Origin: an uncultured delta proteobacterium
Lineage (GTDB): Bacteria; Myxococcota_A; Polyangia; Haliangiales; Haliangiaceae
DNA: 64,000 bases
Direction: 5' to 3'
NCBI GenBank assembly: GCA_963743525.1
Contig: CAVUQH010000004.1
Coordinates: 352,001 to 416,000, forward strand
Shown: positions 52,735 to 62,349 of the stretch, one piece after another
How positions within the stretch are numbered: position 1 is the stretch's first letter
Layout: each line of letters starts with the position of its first letter
Notes under the pieces: generated by a model
The model's input: the letters and a program-made list of their open reading frames with translations, nothing else
Database searches by the model: none
Told to the model about the DNA's origin: nothing
Made by a program: the position numbers and the translations under genes

Positions 52735-54338
52735 GGCGCCCTCGCCTTCCACAAATAGCGCGCCGACAACCCGGCGCCGCGGGCCAACCCGCCGATGTCG
52801 TCCCGCGCCAGCCCGGCGCGCGTGTCGGCGGTGATGAACGTGTACGGCTGCAGCTCGTGCAGGCGCCGATCGATCTGCCGTTGCAGGGTCGCGCGGGCCG
52901 CGTCGTCGGGCTCACTGCGCGCGGCTTCGAGCAAGCGGTCGAGCTGCGGGTCCGACAACCCGCCGTAGTTCTCGCCACCGATCTCGCCGGAGTGGAAGCG
53001 GCTGTACAGATCCGGATCGCGATCGGTGGTGAACGCCATCAGCGCGATGTCGAAGCGACCGGCGCGCACGCGCGACAGCATCTCGGCGTACGGCACGGCG
53101 TCGACCACCAGCCGGGCAACGCCGCGGGCGTCGGCGGCCCACACGTCGGCGACCCGCTGCATGCTGCGCGAGCCGGCGGGCACGAGCAGGATCAACCGCG
53201 GTGGCTCGGGTGCGACGGCGCCGAGCAGCGACGCCGCCTGCGCGCGATCGAACGGCCACGGCGTCACGTCCGGATCGTCGCCGGGCGAGCCGGGCACGAA
53301 CGGGCCGCTCACCACCCGGGCACCGCCGAGGAAGCGCGCGGCCAACGTCCGCCGGTCGAGCAGCATGGTCAGCGCGCGGCGCGCGCGCACATCGCCGAGC
53401 GGCGGGTGGCGCAGGTTGTAGACCGCGGCCAGGTAGGCCGGGCGCTGGTAGCCATAGGCGATCACGTGCGGCTGCGCGGCCGCTGCCGCGATCGCCTCGT
53501 CGGTGGGCATCTGCGGCGCCACGTCCAGCGCATCTGCTCCGAGCATGGCGACGGCGCGGCTGCGGCTGGGCACGACGCGATAGACGATGTGCGCGGCGGC
53601 GGCCGGCGTGCCCCAGTAGTGGTCCCAGCGCGACAGCGCGATCGACTCGCCGGGCGTCCACGCGGCCAGGCGCAGCGGCCCGGTGCCGACCGGCGCGCGA
53701 TTGGCCGGCGCCACGGCCAGGTCGCCGCCGCTGAAGACGTGAGCGGGCAGGATCGGCACGTCGGCCAGAAGCTCGCGCCGCCCCGGCCGCGGACCCGCGA
53801 ACACCAACTCGACCTGGTGATCGCCGACGGCGCGCACATCCTTTAGATCATCGAGGGCCGAGGCCAGCCAGCTGGCGATGCGGGCCGGCGGCGCGAGCAA
53901 CCGGTAGGTGAAGACGACGTCGTCGGCGCCGAACGGCTTGCCGTCCTGCCACAACACGCCCTGGCGCAGGGTCGCCCGCACTCGCGTGCCACCCTCCTCT
54001 ACCGCCACCGATTTGGCCAGACACGGCTCGGCTTCGGCGCCCGGGCGTGGCCGGCACAGCAGCCCCTCGTAGATGTCGCCGGCCGCGATGCGCAGCGCCA
54101 GGCCGTCGCCGGCGAGCAGCGGATCGAGGTGCGCCGGCTCCGCCTCGAGTCGCACGCGCACGGTGGCGCCGGGATCCGGCGGCGCGGTCGGATCGACCGG
54201 CGGCGCCACCGCGGCCACGGGCGACGCCGCCGCGCCGCCATCGTCGGAGGTCGCCACGGTGCCGCCGCGCTCGAAGCAGCCGCCTCCCGCGACGGCTAGC
54301 GCGATCGCGCCCGCGACCACCCGCATGCGGCCCCGCAT
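52731..54338 (-). CDS. Peptide ABC substrate-binding lipoprotein (SBP family 5)
   Basis: HLDP, LRQGVLWQDGKPFGADDVVFT, PVGTGP. Confidence 0.9.
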   Translation of the reverse strand: MRGRMRVVAGAIALAVAGGGCFERGGTVATSDDGGAAASPVAAVAPPVDPTAPPDPGATVRVRLEAEPAHLDPLLAGDGLALRIAAGDIYEGLLCRPRPGAEAEPCLAKSVAVEEGGTRVRATLRQGVLWQDGKPFGADDVVFTYRLLAPPARIASWLASALDDLKDVRAVGDHQVELVFAGPRPGRRELLADVPILPAHVFSGGDLAVAPANRAPVGTGPLRLAAWTPGESIALSRWDHYWGTPAAAAHIVYRVVPSRSRAVAMLGADALDVAPQMPTDEAIAAAAAQPHVIAYGYQRPAYLAAVYNLRHPPLGDVRARRALTMLLDRRTLAARFLGGARVVSGPFVPGSPGDDPDVTPWPFDRAQAASLLGAVAPEPPRLILLVPAGSRSMQRVADVWAADARGVARLVVDAVPYAEMLSRVRAGRFDIALMAFTTDRDPDLYSRFHSGEIGGENYGGLSDPQLDRLLEAARSEPDDAARATLQRQIDRRLHELQPYTFITADTRAGLARDDIGGLARGAGLSARYLWKARAP

Positions 54339-54347
54339 GCTTCGAAC

Positions 54348-56018
54348 CTACTCCGCCGGCGGCTCGAGCGACAGCGCGGTCAGATCGATCCAGCCGTCCC
54401 ACACCACCGCGCCGTGGACGCGCGCGCTGATCAGACCATGGGGATCGGGCGCCGTGATCGGCGCGATCGGCCAGCTCACGGCCAGTGCCTGGGCCAGCGT
54501 GCCCATCGCGGCGGCGCGGGCGGCCGGATCCCAGCGGTCGCGCAGCGCCGCCAGGGCGCGGTCGACGGCGGCATCGGAGAAGCGGCCGTAGTTGAGCGCG
54601 CCGCCGGTCTCGAGCAGCGGCGACAGATCGTCGTTGACCATGCCGCTCCAGCTGACCAGCGCCAGATCGAAGTCGTGGTCGGCCAGCCGCTTGGCCAACA
54701 GCCCGGCCGGGCCGCGGCGGACGTCGATGCGAAAGCCGGCGTGCTGCAAGCTGTCGACGATGAGGTCGCGCTCGTCGTCGTCCTCGTCGGTGGCCAGCAG
54801 CGACACCGACAGCGGCTGGCCGCGTTTCTCGCGCTTGCCGTCGCCGTCGAGGTCGCGCCAGCCGGCGGTGTCGAGCAGGCGGTAGGCCTCGGCCGGATCG
54901 TAGGACGGCGCCTGCGGCGATGGGCCGTCGCCGGGACCGCCCGGCCACACCGGACCGGCGATCGGTCGCGCCAGGTTGTGGTTGACCTCCTCGGCGATCT
55001 TCTTGCGCTGGACCAGCAGCACCACCGCGTGGCGCACCCGCGGATCGTCGAACGGCGGCTCGCCGGCATCCATCGCCAGGTAGCGGAACGCCGGCGGGCG
55101 CAGATCCAGGCGCGCGAACTTCTCGTCGATGCCCGGGGCGGTCAGCTGCTCGGGATAGTAGGCGGCGATCAGCGCCGGCACGATGTCGATGTCGCCGCGC
55201 TTGGCCGCGATCAGCGCCCGCGCGGCGTCGCCCTGAATCGCGATCTCGATGCGCGCGAGCCTGGGCGCCGAGCCCCAGTAGCGATCCCATCGCACGAGGG
55301 TGATCCGTTCGTCGTCCCAGCTGGCCAGGCGGAACGGCCCGGTGCCGACCACCGGCGCCTTGCGGCTGGCGCGCAGGTGACCTTGATAGACGTGCTGGGG
55401 AAGGATCGGAATCTCGGCCAGCGCGCGCAACACGTAGCCGTTGGGTCGGGACAGACGGACGCGCACGGAGCGCGCGCCGAGCAGCTCCACCGTGTCCACG
55501 TCCGACAACAAGCGGCGCAGGTGATCCGACGGACCTTTGGATCCGCGCACGGCGTCGAGGGTGAACTGCACATCCACCGAGGTCATTGGCTTGCCGTCGT
55601 GGAACAGCACGTCGGGCTGCAGGTCGAGACGAATCTCCAGGCCACTGGGATCGACGGTCCAGCTGCTCGCCAACCCGGCTTCGTAGGTGCCGGGCCCCGA
55701 GCCGGCACCACCCGCGGGCGGGACGTAGCGGATGAGCGATTCGAAGATCGCCGGCCGGCTGATCCGCCGCGTCCACACGGTCGGATCGACCAGCGGATCC
55801 AGGTGCACGGGATCGGCATCGATGGCGATGCGCAGCGTGTCGGGCCCGCGCACCGCGTGACCGCCCTTGCCACCAGAGGCGGCGGCCTGCAGCGCCGGGC
55901 TGGGCTCGGCCACCGGATCGGCCGGCCGGCGCCATTCGCGGCGATATGGGGAACAGCCGTCGCAGGTCGAGCAGGCACTCAGACTGAGCGCCACCGCGAC
56001 GTAAGCCAACTCACGCAA
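54348..56018 (-). CDS. Second peptide ABC substrate-binding lipoprotein (SBP family 5)
   Basis: HLDP, FHDGKPMTSVDVQFT, VGTGPF, DLDGDGKR. Start uncertain (56018-56105). Confidence 0.9.
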   Translation of the reverse strand: MRELAYVAVALSLSACSTCDGCSPYRREWRRPADPVAEPSPALQAAASGGKGGHAVRGPDTLRIAIDADPVHLDPLVDPTVWTRRISRPAIFESLIRYVPPAGGAGSGPGTYEAGLASSWTVDPSGLEIRLDLQPDVLFHDGKPMTSVDVQFTLDAVRGSKGPSDHLRRLLSDVDTVELLGARSVRVRLSRPNGYVLRALAEIPILPQHVYQGHLRASRKAPVVGTGPFRLASWDDERITLVRWDRYWGSAPRLARIEIAIQGDAARALIAAKRGDIDIVPALIAAYYPEQLTAPGIDEKFARLDLRPPAFRYLAMDAGEPPFDDPRVRHAVVLLVQRKKIAEEVNHNLARPIAGPVWPGGPGDGPSPQAPSYDPAEAYRLLDTAGWRDLDGDGKREKRGQPLSVSLLATDEDDDERDLIVDSLQHAGFRIDVRRGPAGLLAKRLADHDFDLALVSWSGMVNDDLSPLLETGGALNYGRFSDAAVDRALAALRDRWDPAARAAAMGTLAQALAVSWPIAPITAPDPHGLISARVHGAVVWDGWIDLTALSLEPPAE

Positions 56019-56120
56019 CCGCTCTTTGAACGGCTTCTGGAGGCAAATGGCTCGACGCGTCGCAACCCCGCGCGCTCCAAGCACTTGTTGGCGGATTCGC
56101 GCCATGATATCAACCGCTAC

Positions 56121-56795
56121 ATGCGTTCTGTCACATGGCTCGCCCTCGCGTCCCTGGTCGTTTTTGCCGGCTGCGAGGATACCGAGCTACAAGGCGCCAA
56201 GGCCGAGGTGAAAAAGGTCGAGTCCAACCTCGACTTGCCCGCGGTCCCCAACTTCGATCTTCCGCCGCAGGGCAACCCGCACAACGTGCGGGAGATGCGG
56301 CTCCTGGGACGTAACCTGCTCGATACCGAAGTCGACGTCAAGGGCTACGTCCTGTGGATCTACGACTGCAAAGAGCACGGCGGTCCGAAGGGTCCCATCG
56401 GCGAGCCGGGCATGAGCGACAAGGACAAAGAGAAGATCATCGAAGCGGACATGTCGCTCTGCTGGAAGCCTCACTTCATCATCGGCGACACCCCCGACAC
56501 TGCGCCCGGCCTGGGCATCGAGGTGGTCGAGGTCCCGCGCCCGATGCTCCCCGTCGAGCTGAAGAAGTTCCGCCGCAAGCCCAAGGCCGTCCGCGACGCG
56601 ACCCCCAAGCCGCCCGAAATCAACGTCGGCGACCTGGTCATCGTCAACGGCACCTGGGCCAAGCGCTCGCCCGCCGGCTTCGCCAACTCGACCGGCCTGA
56701 TCGTCTACCACTACCTGTGCCACGATGGTCAGCCCTGCGAGCCGCCCCCGCCGATGCCGGAAGGCGCGGAAGGCGGCGGCGGCCCCCTGCCGTAG
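56121..56795 (+). CDS. Hypothetical lipoprotein
   Basis: MRSVTWLALASLVVFAGC lipobox, strongly coding-like codon usage. Confidence 0.8.
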   Translation: MRSVTWLALASLVVFAGCEDTELQGAKAEVKKVESNLDLPAVPNFDLPPQGNPHNVREMRLLGRNLLDTEVDVKGYVLWIYDCKEHGGPKGPIGEPGMSDKDKEKIIEADMSLCWKPHFIIGDTPDTAPGLGIEVVEVPRPMLPVELKKFRRKPKAVRDATPKPPEINVGDLVIVNGTWAKRSPAGFANSTGLIVYHYLCHDGQPCEPPPPMPEGAEGGGGPLP

Positions 56796-56828
56796 CCGCT
56801 CGACTCCGCTCGCTTCGCTCAGGGTGAC
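56796..56828 (-). repeat. REP-like palindromic element
   Basis: Minus strand gtcaccctgagcgaagcgagcggagtcgagcgg between convergent genes. Related to 24416-24458. Confidence 0.5.
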
Positions 56829-58510
56829 TGGCGGGTCCACGGCGCGAGCAGCGTCTCGCAGTCGCCGGCATCGATCACCATCACCGCGTCCTCGCCGGTG
56901 ATGCGCGCGTAGCATCCATCCGTCGCCGCCGCGCCGATCTCCAACCCGCGCTGCACCCGCGCGCCGCCGGGCGGCTCGAACGCGACGCTGATCCGCGCGC
57001 GCGGGCGGCTCAGCCCAAAGGCCGGCGCCGCGCGGTCGGCGACGAAGCGCTCTGCGCGCAGGCGCGCAACCGCCTCGAGCAGCTTGCCGATGACAGCACC
57101 ATCGGGTCCGGCGCCCGCCGGAGCGCGGACCGTCCAATCCTCGAGCAGCTGCCCCCGCTCGAGCGACGTCTCGCCCCGCGGCCCGTGCCGATCGATCGCG
57201 CGCACGGCGCTGGGATCGAAGCTCCACAGCGACCGGTCGCGGAAGCGCGCGCGCGGCGGCGCGAACACCGCGCGGGCGCCGTCGCCGGCAGCGAACGCGA
57301 TCGGCTCACCGGCGCGGCGGACCATCCAGTCGCGGCCGGCGGCCAGCAACTCGACCCGGTCGGCGCGATCGCCGGCGTAGTGCAGCGTGACCGTAGCAAC
57401 CACCCGCGCCCCGGCCACTGGCGGCGCAAAGCCGTCTGCCGGCAGCGCATCGAGCGCCTGCGCCCAGTCGACCACGGCGTCGGCATCGATCGCCGCGCTG
57501 CCAACCTCGCGCCAACCGCCGCCGTCGGCGACCAGGTGCCGATCGCCGTCCGACAGGTCGATCGCCGTCGGCCGCCCGGCATCGAGCGCGACCAGATGAT
57601 GGTTGACCAGGTGCGGCGCCAGTGCCACGGCCATCGCCAGCTCGGTGACCGCAACCTCGGACACGCAGCCGGTGCCGATCGGCGTGGTCACCGCCACCTC
57701 GCCCTCGTGATCCGGGCACGGCCCGCGCTCGACCAACTCCCGAGTGCCGCCCTCGCCGATGACCCGCACCGACAGCGCAGCCGCGCGCGGCGGCGCCGCC
57801 GCGGGCAAGAAACGCGTCAGCCGCAAGTCGTCGAGGTGATCGAGCAGCGCGCGCACGGCGCCGGCGTCGGCGCGCGCTGCGCCGGAGAGCTGGGGAAGGT
57901 GCACCGCCAGCGGCCGTCCCGACAGCACCAGGTCACCGCCGGTCGTGTGAATCTCCAGGCCGGTCACATCGCGATGCCGAGTCGGCAGCGGCTGGCGCGC
58001 GCGCAGATCAGAAGCGCCACGGATCAGCGCCCGCGCAGCATAGCCGTTGACCAAGAAGACCCGATCACCGCGCGCCAGCCAGCTCTGGTCGGTGACGCCG
58101 ACAGCGGCGCCGACGCGCAACACCACCTCGCCGGCGCGTTGGTAGCGCAGATGCAGCACCGCGCGCGGGTGGTTGACACCGGCGCTGCCCGCGTCCTCGG
58201 CCGCCACCTCGCGCCGATACGACAACACCTCCAGCGTCCCGACGAGATCGCTCACCGCCGCGTCGTCAACCGGCGCCACCGCCGGCGCGGTCATGCGAAA
58301 GCCGTCCGGATCCGGCGCCCGCTCGAGGGTGACCGCCGGCTTACCCGGTCGGTCGATGGTGATCGCTTCGAGTCGATCGGCCCGCTGCTCGGGCACGATC
58401 CGCGCGCTCGGGTGAGCAACGCCGGCGGCGCCGCCGCCCGACAGCAGCAGATAGACCGCCAGCACCGCGGCGGCGATCGACAACAGCAACAGGTTGGCGC
58501 GCTCAGCCAC
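56819..58510 (-). CDS. DUF4340-domain protein (repeated domains)
   Basis: N-terminal TM, repeated W.h..P....D...V..L...L..L units. Typical position after GldG-like genes. Confidence 0.75.
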   Translation of the reverse strand: MAERANLLLLSIAAAVLAVYLLLSGGGAAGVAHPSARIVPEQRADRLEAITIDRPGKPAVTLERAPDPDGFRMTAPAVAPVDDAAVSDLVGTLEVLSYRREVAAEDAGSAGVNHPRAVLHLRYQRAGEVVLRVGAAVGVTDQSWLARGDRVFLVNGYAARALIRGASDLRARQPLPTRHRDVTGLEIHTTGGDLVLSGRPLAVHLPQLSGAARADAGAVRALLDHLDDLRLTRFLPAAAPPRAAALSVRVIGEGGTRELVERGPCPDHEGEVAVTTPIGTGCVSEVAVTELAMAVALAPHLVNHHLVALDAGRPTAIDLSDGDRHLVADGGGWREVGSAAIDADAVVDWAQALDALPADGFAPPVAGARVVATVTLHYAGDRADRVELLAAGRDWMVRRAGEPIAFAAGDGARAVFAPPRARFRDRSLWSFDPSAVRAIDRHGPRGETSLERGQLLEDWTVRAPAGAGPDGAVIGKLLEAVARLRAERFVADRAAPAFGLSRPRARISVAFEPPGGARVQRGLEIGAAATDGCYARITGEDAVMVIDAGDCETLLAPWTRQSP

Positions 58511-60737
58511 GCCGGCGAATCCTCCAGGCGATGGCGCCGGCAGCAGCGAACAGCAGCGGAATGATCAGCACGCAGAAGACGAAGGTGCCAGTGCGCTCGC
58601 CCGAGCTCATGACCAGGCGCAGCTGCTCGGGGGTCTTGTCGCCGACCCGCGCCAGCGATCCGCTGACCCGATCGCGCCCGGCCAGCCACAGCGCCGCCGA
58701 CGCGGCCAGCGGCTCGCCGGCGGTCAGCCCGCGCTTGGCCGCGGCGGCAGTGAACGGCACCGCGCTGCCGAAGACCACCGCGCGCCCGCCGGTGCGATCG
58801 TCCCAACCGGCGGCGGCGATGCACGCCGGACCGGGAAGGTCGTCGGCATCGGCGGCGGTCGATGCGCCGGCGCGGGCCAGATCGGTCTCGCCCCAGCCGC
58901 CCTTGGTGGTCTCGACCAGGCACGCATCGTGGGCGCCATCTTCCGGCGACGGCGCCGCTCCGACCACGCGCGGCAGCTGCCACACGCTGACCCGCCGATC
59001 GCGAAAGGCGGCACTGATCGGGTGGTCGCCGTAGCCGTGGGTGACGCGAAAGGCACCGGGCACGCCGACCGAGGCGTCGGGGCTGGGGTCGACAGCGACC
59101 GCCTGGGGCAGCGTGATGCCCAGCGGCTCGAGCACCAGCTCCAGCCCGGTGACCGGCAGGCGCGGCTGATCGCCATCGGTGGAGATCTCTGCCGACGCAA
59201 ACAACAGCACGCTGCCGCGCGCGTCGAGGTAGCGCTTCACCGCCAACGCATCGTCGGCCGGCAGCGCATCGGTCGGCGCGAAGACCAGCAGCACGCGGCA
59301 GTAGGCCGGCACGCCGCCGGCCAGCGAGCCGACCTCTTCGATCGCCATCCCCTCGCGCTCGAGACGCGCGGCCAGCCCCGACCAGTCGTCGCCGCCATCG
59401 GCGTGGGCGGGCAGCTCGCCGTGGCCGACGGTGGCGCAGACCACCGCGCGATCGCGCCAGGTGACCTCCGCGACGGCGCTGGCGATGGCGGCCTCGGCGC
59501 GGAACGTCTGCAGCTTGCCGGCACCGACCGCATCGCGCTCGAACTGCGCCAGATCGATCAGATCGACCACGCGCCGGCGGTCGCCCGACTGCACGACCAC
59601 GGCGCCGTAGTCGACCAGGTCGGCGGGGGCGATGGCGAACTCGTCGGCCAGCGAGCGGGCGCGGTCGGGCTCCAGCGATGGGTCGAGATCGCGGCGCGAC
59701 AACAGCGGCTGGCGGACGAGCATCCGATCGACGACGCGATCGACCTCCGCCCATACCGGTGCGAACTCGGCCTCGCCGGGGCGAATGACCAGAAGATCGA
59801 CCGGCGCGTCGACCCGAGCCAGCACGCCGCGGGTGACCGGGTCGAGACTGTTGCTGCCGGCGGCGCTGGTGTCCCAGCGGTGCGGGTGGCGGGCGACGAC
59901 CAGGCTGCCCTCGATGGCGATGATCGCGGTCAGCGCCGCGGCGATGAAGCGGCCCCCGACCAGTCCGCGACGGCGCCGGCCGACTGACGCCAGCGCGGTG
60001 GCCAGCGCCAACCCGCTGGCCGACAGTCCCAGGTAGAAGACCACCGGCCCCAGATCGATCGCGCCGCGCGAGAAGCGATCCATGTGCGCGCGCGGATCGA
60101 TCCAGTGCAGCACCGCGGCCAACCGCGGGGCGTCGTCGGCGAGCGACGGCACCAGCTGCGGGATCTGACCGAGGACCAGCAGCATCAGCAGCACGGCGAA
60201 GGTGGTGACGGCGGCGACGATCTGGTTGCGGGTGGCGGTGCTGGCGGCCAATCCGACGGCGAGGAAGCCCGCGCCTGCCAGCAACACGCCGAGGTACGCC
60301 GAGGCCACCGGCCCCGGGTCGAAGCCGACACCGGCGGGCGCGTAGCGGGCGAGCACCAGCAGATAGAGCAACGTCGGCGCCCACAACACCGCGTAGAAGG
60401 CGACGGCGCCCAGCCATTTGCCGAGCAAGATCGTCCGCGCCGGCAGCCGCGTGGTGAGCAAGAGCTCCCAGGTGCCGCGGCTCTTCTCCTCGGCGACCAG
60501 GCGCATCGACAGCGCCGCCACCACCGCGAAGATCACCGCCCACGACAGCACGGTGCCGCCGAAGTGTCCCTGCAACACCGCGCCGATCGGCGCCGGCGCC
60601 GCCGGGTTGGACAGCGCCTGCACCAGCGCCCAGAACGACAGCCCCTGCACCGCCAGGAACAGCACGCCGACGACGTAGGCGATCGGCGCGTGGAAGTAGG
60701 CGGCCAGCTCGCGGCGCGCGACCAGCAGCGCGTTCAC
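58503..60737 (-). CDS. GldF-like ABC-2 permease fused to GldG-like domain
   Basis: ARRELAAYFHAPIAY, MRLVAEEKSRGTWELLLT, ILLGKW, NSLDPVT, TVGHGE, HPIS. Confidence 0.85.
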   Translation of the reverse strand: MNALLVARRELAAYFHAPIAYVVGVLFLAVQGLSFWALVQALSNPAAPAPIGAVLQGHFGGTVLSWAVIFAVVAALSMRLVAEEKSRGTWELLLTTRLPARTILLGKWLGAVAFYAVLWAPTLLYLLVLARYAPAGVGFDPGPVASAYLGVLLAGAGFLAVGLAASTATRNQIVAAVTTFAVLLMLLVLGQIPQLVPSLADDAPRLAAVLHWIDPRAHMDRFSRGAIDLGPVVFYLGLSASGLALATALASVGRRRRGLVGGRFIAAALTAIIAIEGSLVVARHPHRWDTSAAGSNSLDPVTRGVLARVDAPVDLLVIRPGEAEFAPVWAEVDRVVDRMLVRQPLLSRRDLDPSLEPDRARSLADEFAIAPADLVDYGAVVVQSGDRRRVVDLIDLAQFERDAVGAGKLQTFRAEAAIASAVAEVTWRDRAVVCATVGHGELPAHADGGDDWSGLAARLEREGMAIEEVGSLAGGVPAYCRVLLVFAPTDALPADDALAVKRYLDARGSVLLFASAEISTDGDQPRLPVTGLELVLEPLGITLPQAVAVDPSPDASVGVPGAFRVTHGYGDHPISAAFRDRRVSVWQLPRVVGAAPSPEDGAHDACLVETTKGGWGETDLARAGASTAADADDLPGPACIAAAGWDDRTGGRAVVFGSAVPFTAAAAKRGLTAGEPLAASAALWLAGRDRVSGSLARVGDKTPEQLRLVMSSGERTGTFVFCVLIIPLLFAAAGAIAWRIRRRG

Positions 60738-61478
60738 GGTGCCTCGTCCTCCTCCGCGCGGGCAGCCAGCGCGACGAAGACATCCTCGAGATCGGCGCCG
60801 TCGGGCAGATCGAGCCCGCGATCGAGCTCGCGCGGCGGACCATCGGCGACCACGCGGCCGTTGACCAGGATGATGGCGCGGCTGGCGACGCGCTCGACCT
60901 CGGACAGGATGTGGGTTGAACAGGAGCACCGTGCGATCGCGCGCCAGCTCGCCGAGCAGAGTGCGCAGGCCGCGCACCTGTACCGGATCGAGGCCGCTGG
61001 TCGGCTCGTCGAGGATCAGCACCGGCGGATCGGCCAGCAGCGCATCGGCCAGGCCGACCCGCTGGCGGTAGCCCCTGGACAGCTGGCCGACCAGCCTGCG
61101 CCGCTCGGGGGCGAGGCCGCAGGTGTCGATGACGGCGTCGACGCGCGCGCTCACGTCGCGGCGCGGCACGCCCTTGGCGCGGGCGCGAAAGGCGAGCAGC
61201 TCGCCGACGCGCATGTCCGGCCACAGCGGCGTCGACTCGGGGAGATATCCGACCCGCGCGACCGCATCGGCCCGCTCGCGCTCGAGATCGAAGCCGTCGA
61301 TGCGCGCGCGCCCCTCGTCGGCATCGAGAAAGCCTGTGAGAATGCGCATGGTCGTGGTCTTACCGGCGCCGTTCGGGCCGACGAAGCCGACCACCTCGCC
61401 ACGCTCGATGGTGAACGTGACTCCCCGCAGCACGCGGCGGCGTGCGAAGCATTTGCCAAGGCCGACGACCTCGATCAC
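60734..61478 (-). CDS. ABC transporter ATP-binding protein (GldA-like), apparent +1 frameshift at ~60917
   Basis: GPNGAGKTT, LSRGYRQRVGLA, LDEPTSGLDP. The switch motif LSTHILSEVE is restored by correcting GTTGAAC to GTCGAC. Confidence 0.88.
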
Positions 61479-61563
61479 CCGGCTATGATGACCGCCCGCG
61501 GCCGGTGACGAAAGGGCCGCGGGCCGTGTTGGCGTCCGCCACTTCATCTCGTAGGCTGCCGCC

Positions 61564-62349
61564 ATGAAGTTGGTGTGGACGGCGGCGCTGGTCGCGGCCG
61601 TGGTTGGTGCGGCGTCCGGGGTGGCGAGGGCCGGAGACGAGGCCAGGAGCCCGACGGTCCTCGAGGTCGGGCTCGGCGTCTCGGCGCCGTACATGACCAT
61701 GCAGCTGCGCGGCGGCAGCCACGGCTGCTGGCACGACTACGTGGTCTGGGGCGCTCACGTCACCCTGGCATCGACGTACACCGATGTCGACCTGAACGGC
61801 GACGGACAGGACGACTTCTCGCCGCGCGACGGCGGTCCCAACATCGGCGTCAACCTCGAAGGGGGCCTGCCCCTGTACTGGCGCCTGCACGCGAGCCTGG
61901 TCCAGCTGACCCGCAACGGCAGGTTCGCCGGAGTCGGCCACGTGGGCGAGCTCGACCAGGTCAGCCTGATCGGCGGCACGCGGTTGGCGCTGGGCGAGAG
62001 CCACCCGGCGGCCCTCGCGCTGGGACTGCGCGCCATGCGCAGCTCGGTGCTGCCCGAGGGGCTGCGCCACTACTACAAAGAGCGCTGGGTGCAGGTGCGC
62101 GGGCTGTGGTTTGCCCCCGGGCAGCGGTTCGGCGTCAACGGCGAGGTGGTGTGGATGCCGTTCAACCGCATGGCGCTGGTGCTGTACGGCGAGCTGATGC
62201 CGCGCCTGGGCCAGGTATATGCGCCGGACCAGCGCTGCCACGGCACCTACCCGGTGTGCACGGCCAACTACCCGATCTCGATCTTCAACCCCCGCGCCGA
62301 GAAGCCCTACGCCCAGCTCGGCCTGCGCGTGCAGTTGGTGGCGCGATGA
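61564..62349 (+). CDS. Hypothetical exported (possibly outer-membrane) protein
   Basis: Signal peptide, amphipathic beta-strands, DLNGDGQDD loop. Confidence 0.6.
   Translation: MKLVWTAALVAAVVGAASGVARAGDEARSPTVLEVGLGVSAPYMTMQLRGGSHGCWHDYVVWGAHVTLASTYTDVDLNGDGQDDFSPRDGGPNIGVNLEGGLPLYWRLHASLVQLTRNGRFAGVGHVGELDQVSLIGGTRLALGESHPAALALGLRAMRSSVLPEGLRHYYKERWVQVRGLWFAPGQRFGVNGEVVWMPFNRMALVLYGELMPRLGQVYAPDQRCHGTYPVCTANYPISIFNPRAEKPYAQLGLRVQLVAR

Noticed and set aside
58503..61700. 1065-aa ORF appearing to fuse ABC ATPase, permease and GldG
   Set aside because: Artefact of the +1 error at ~60917. Correction gives a separate ATPase ending at 60734 that overlaps the permease GTG start.
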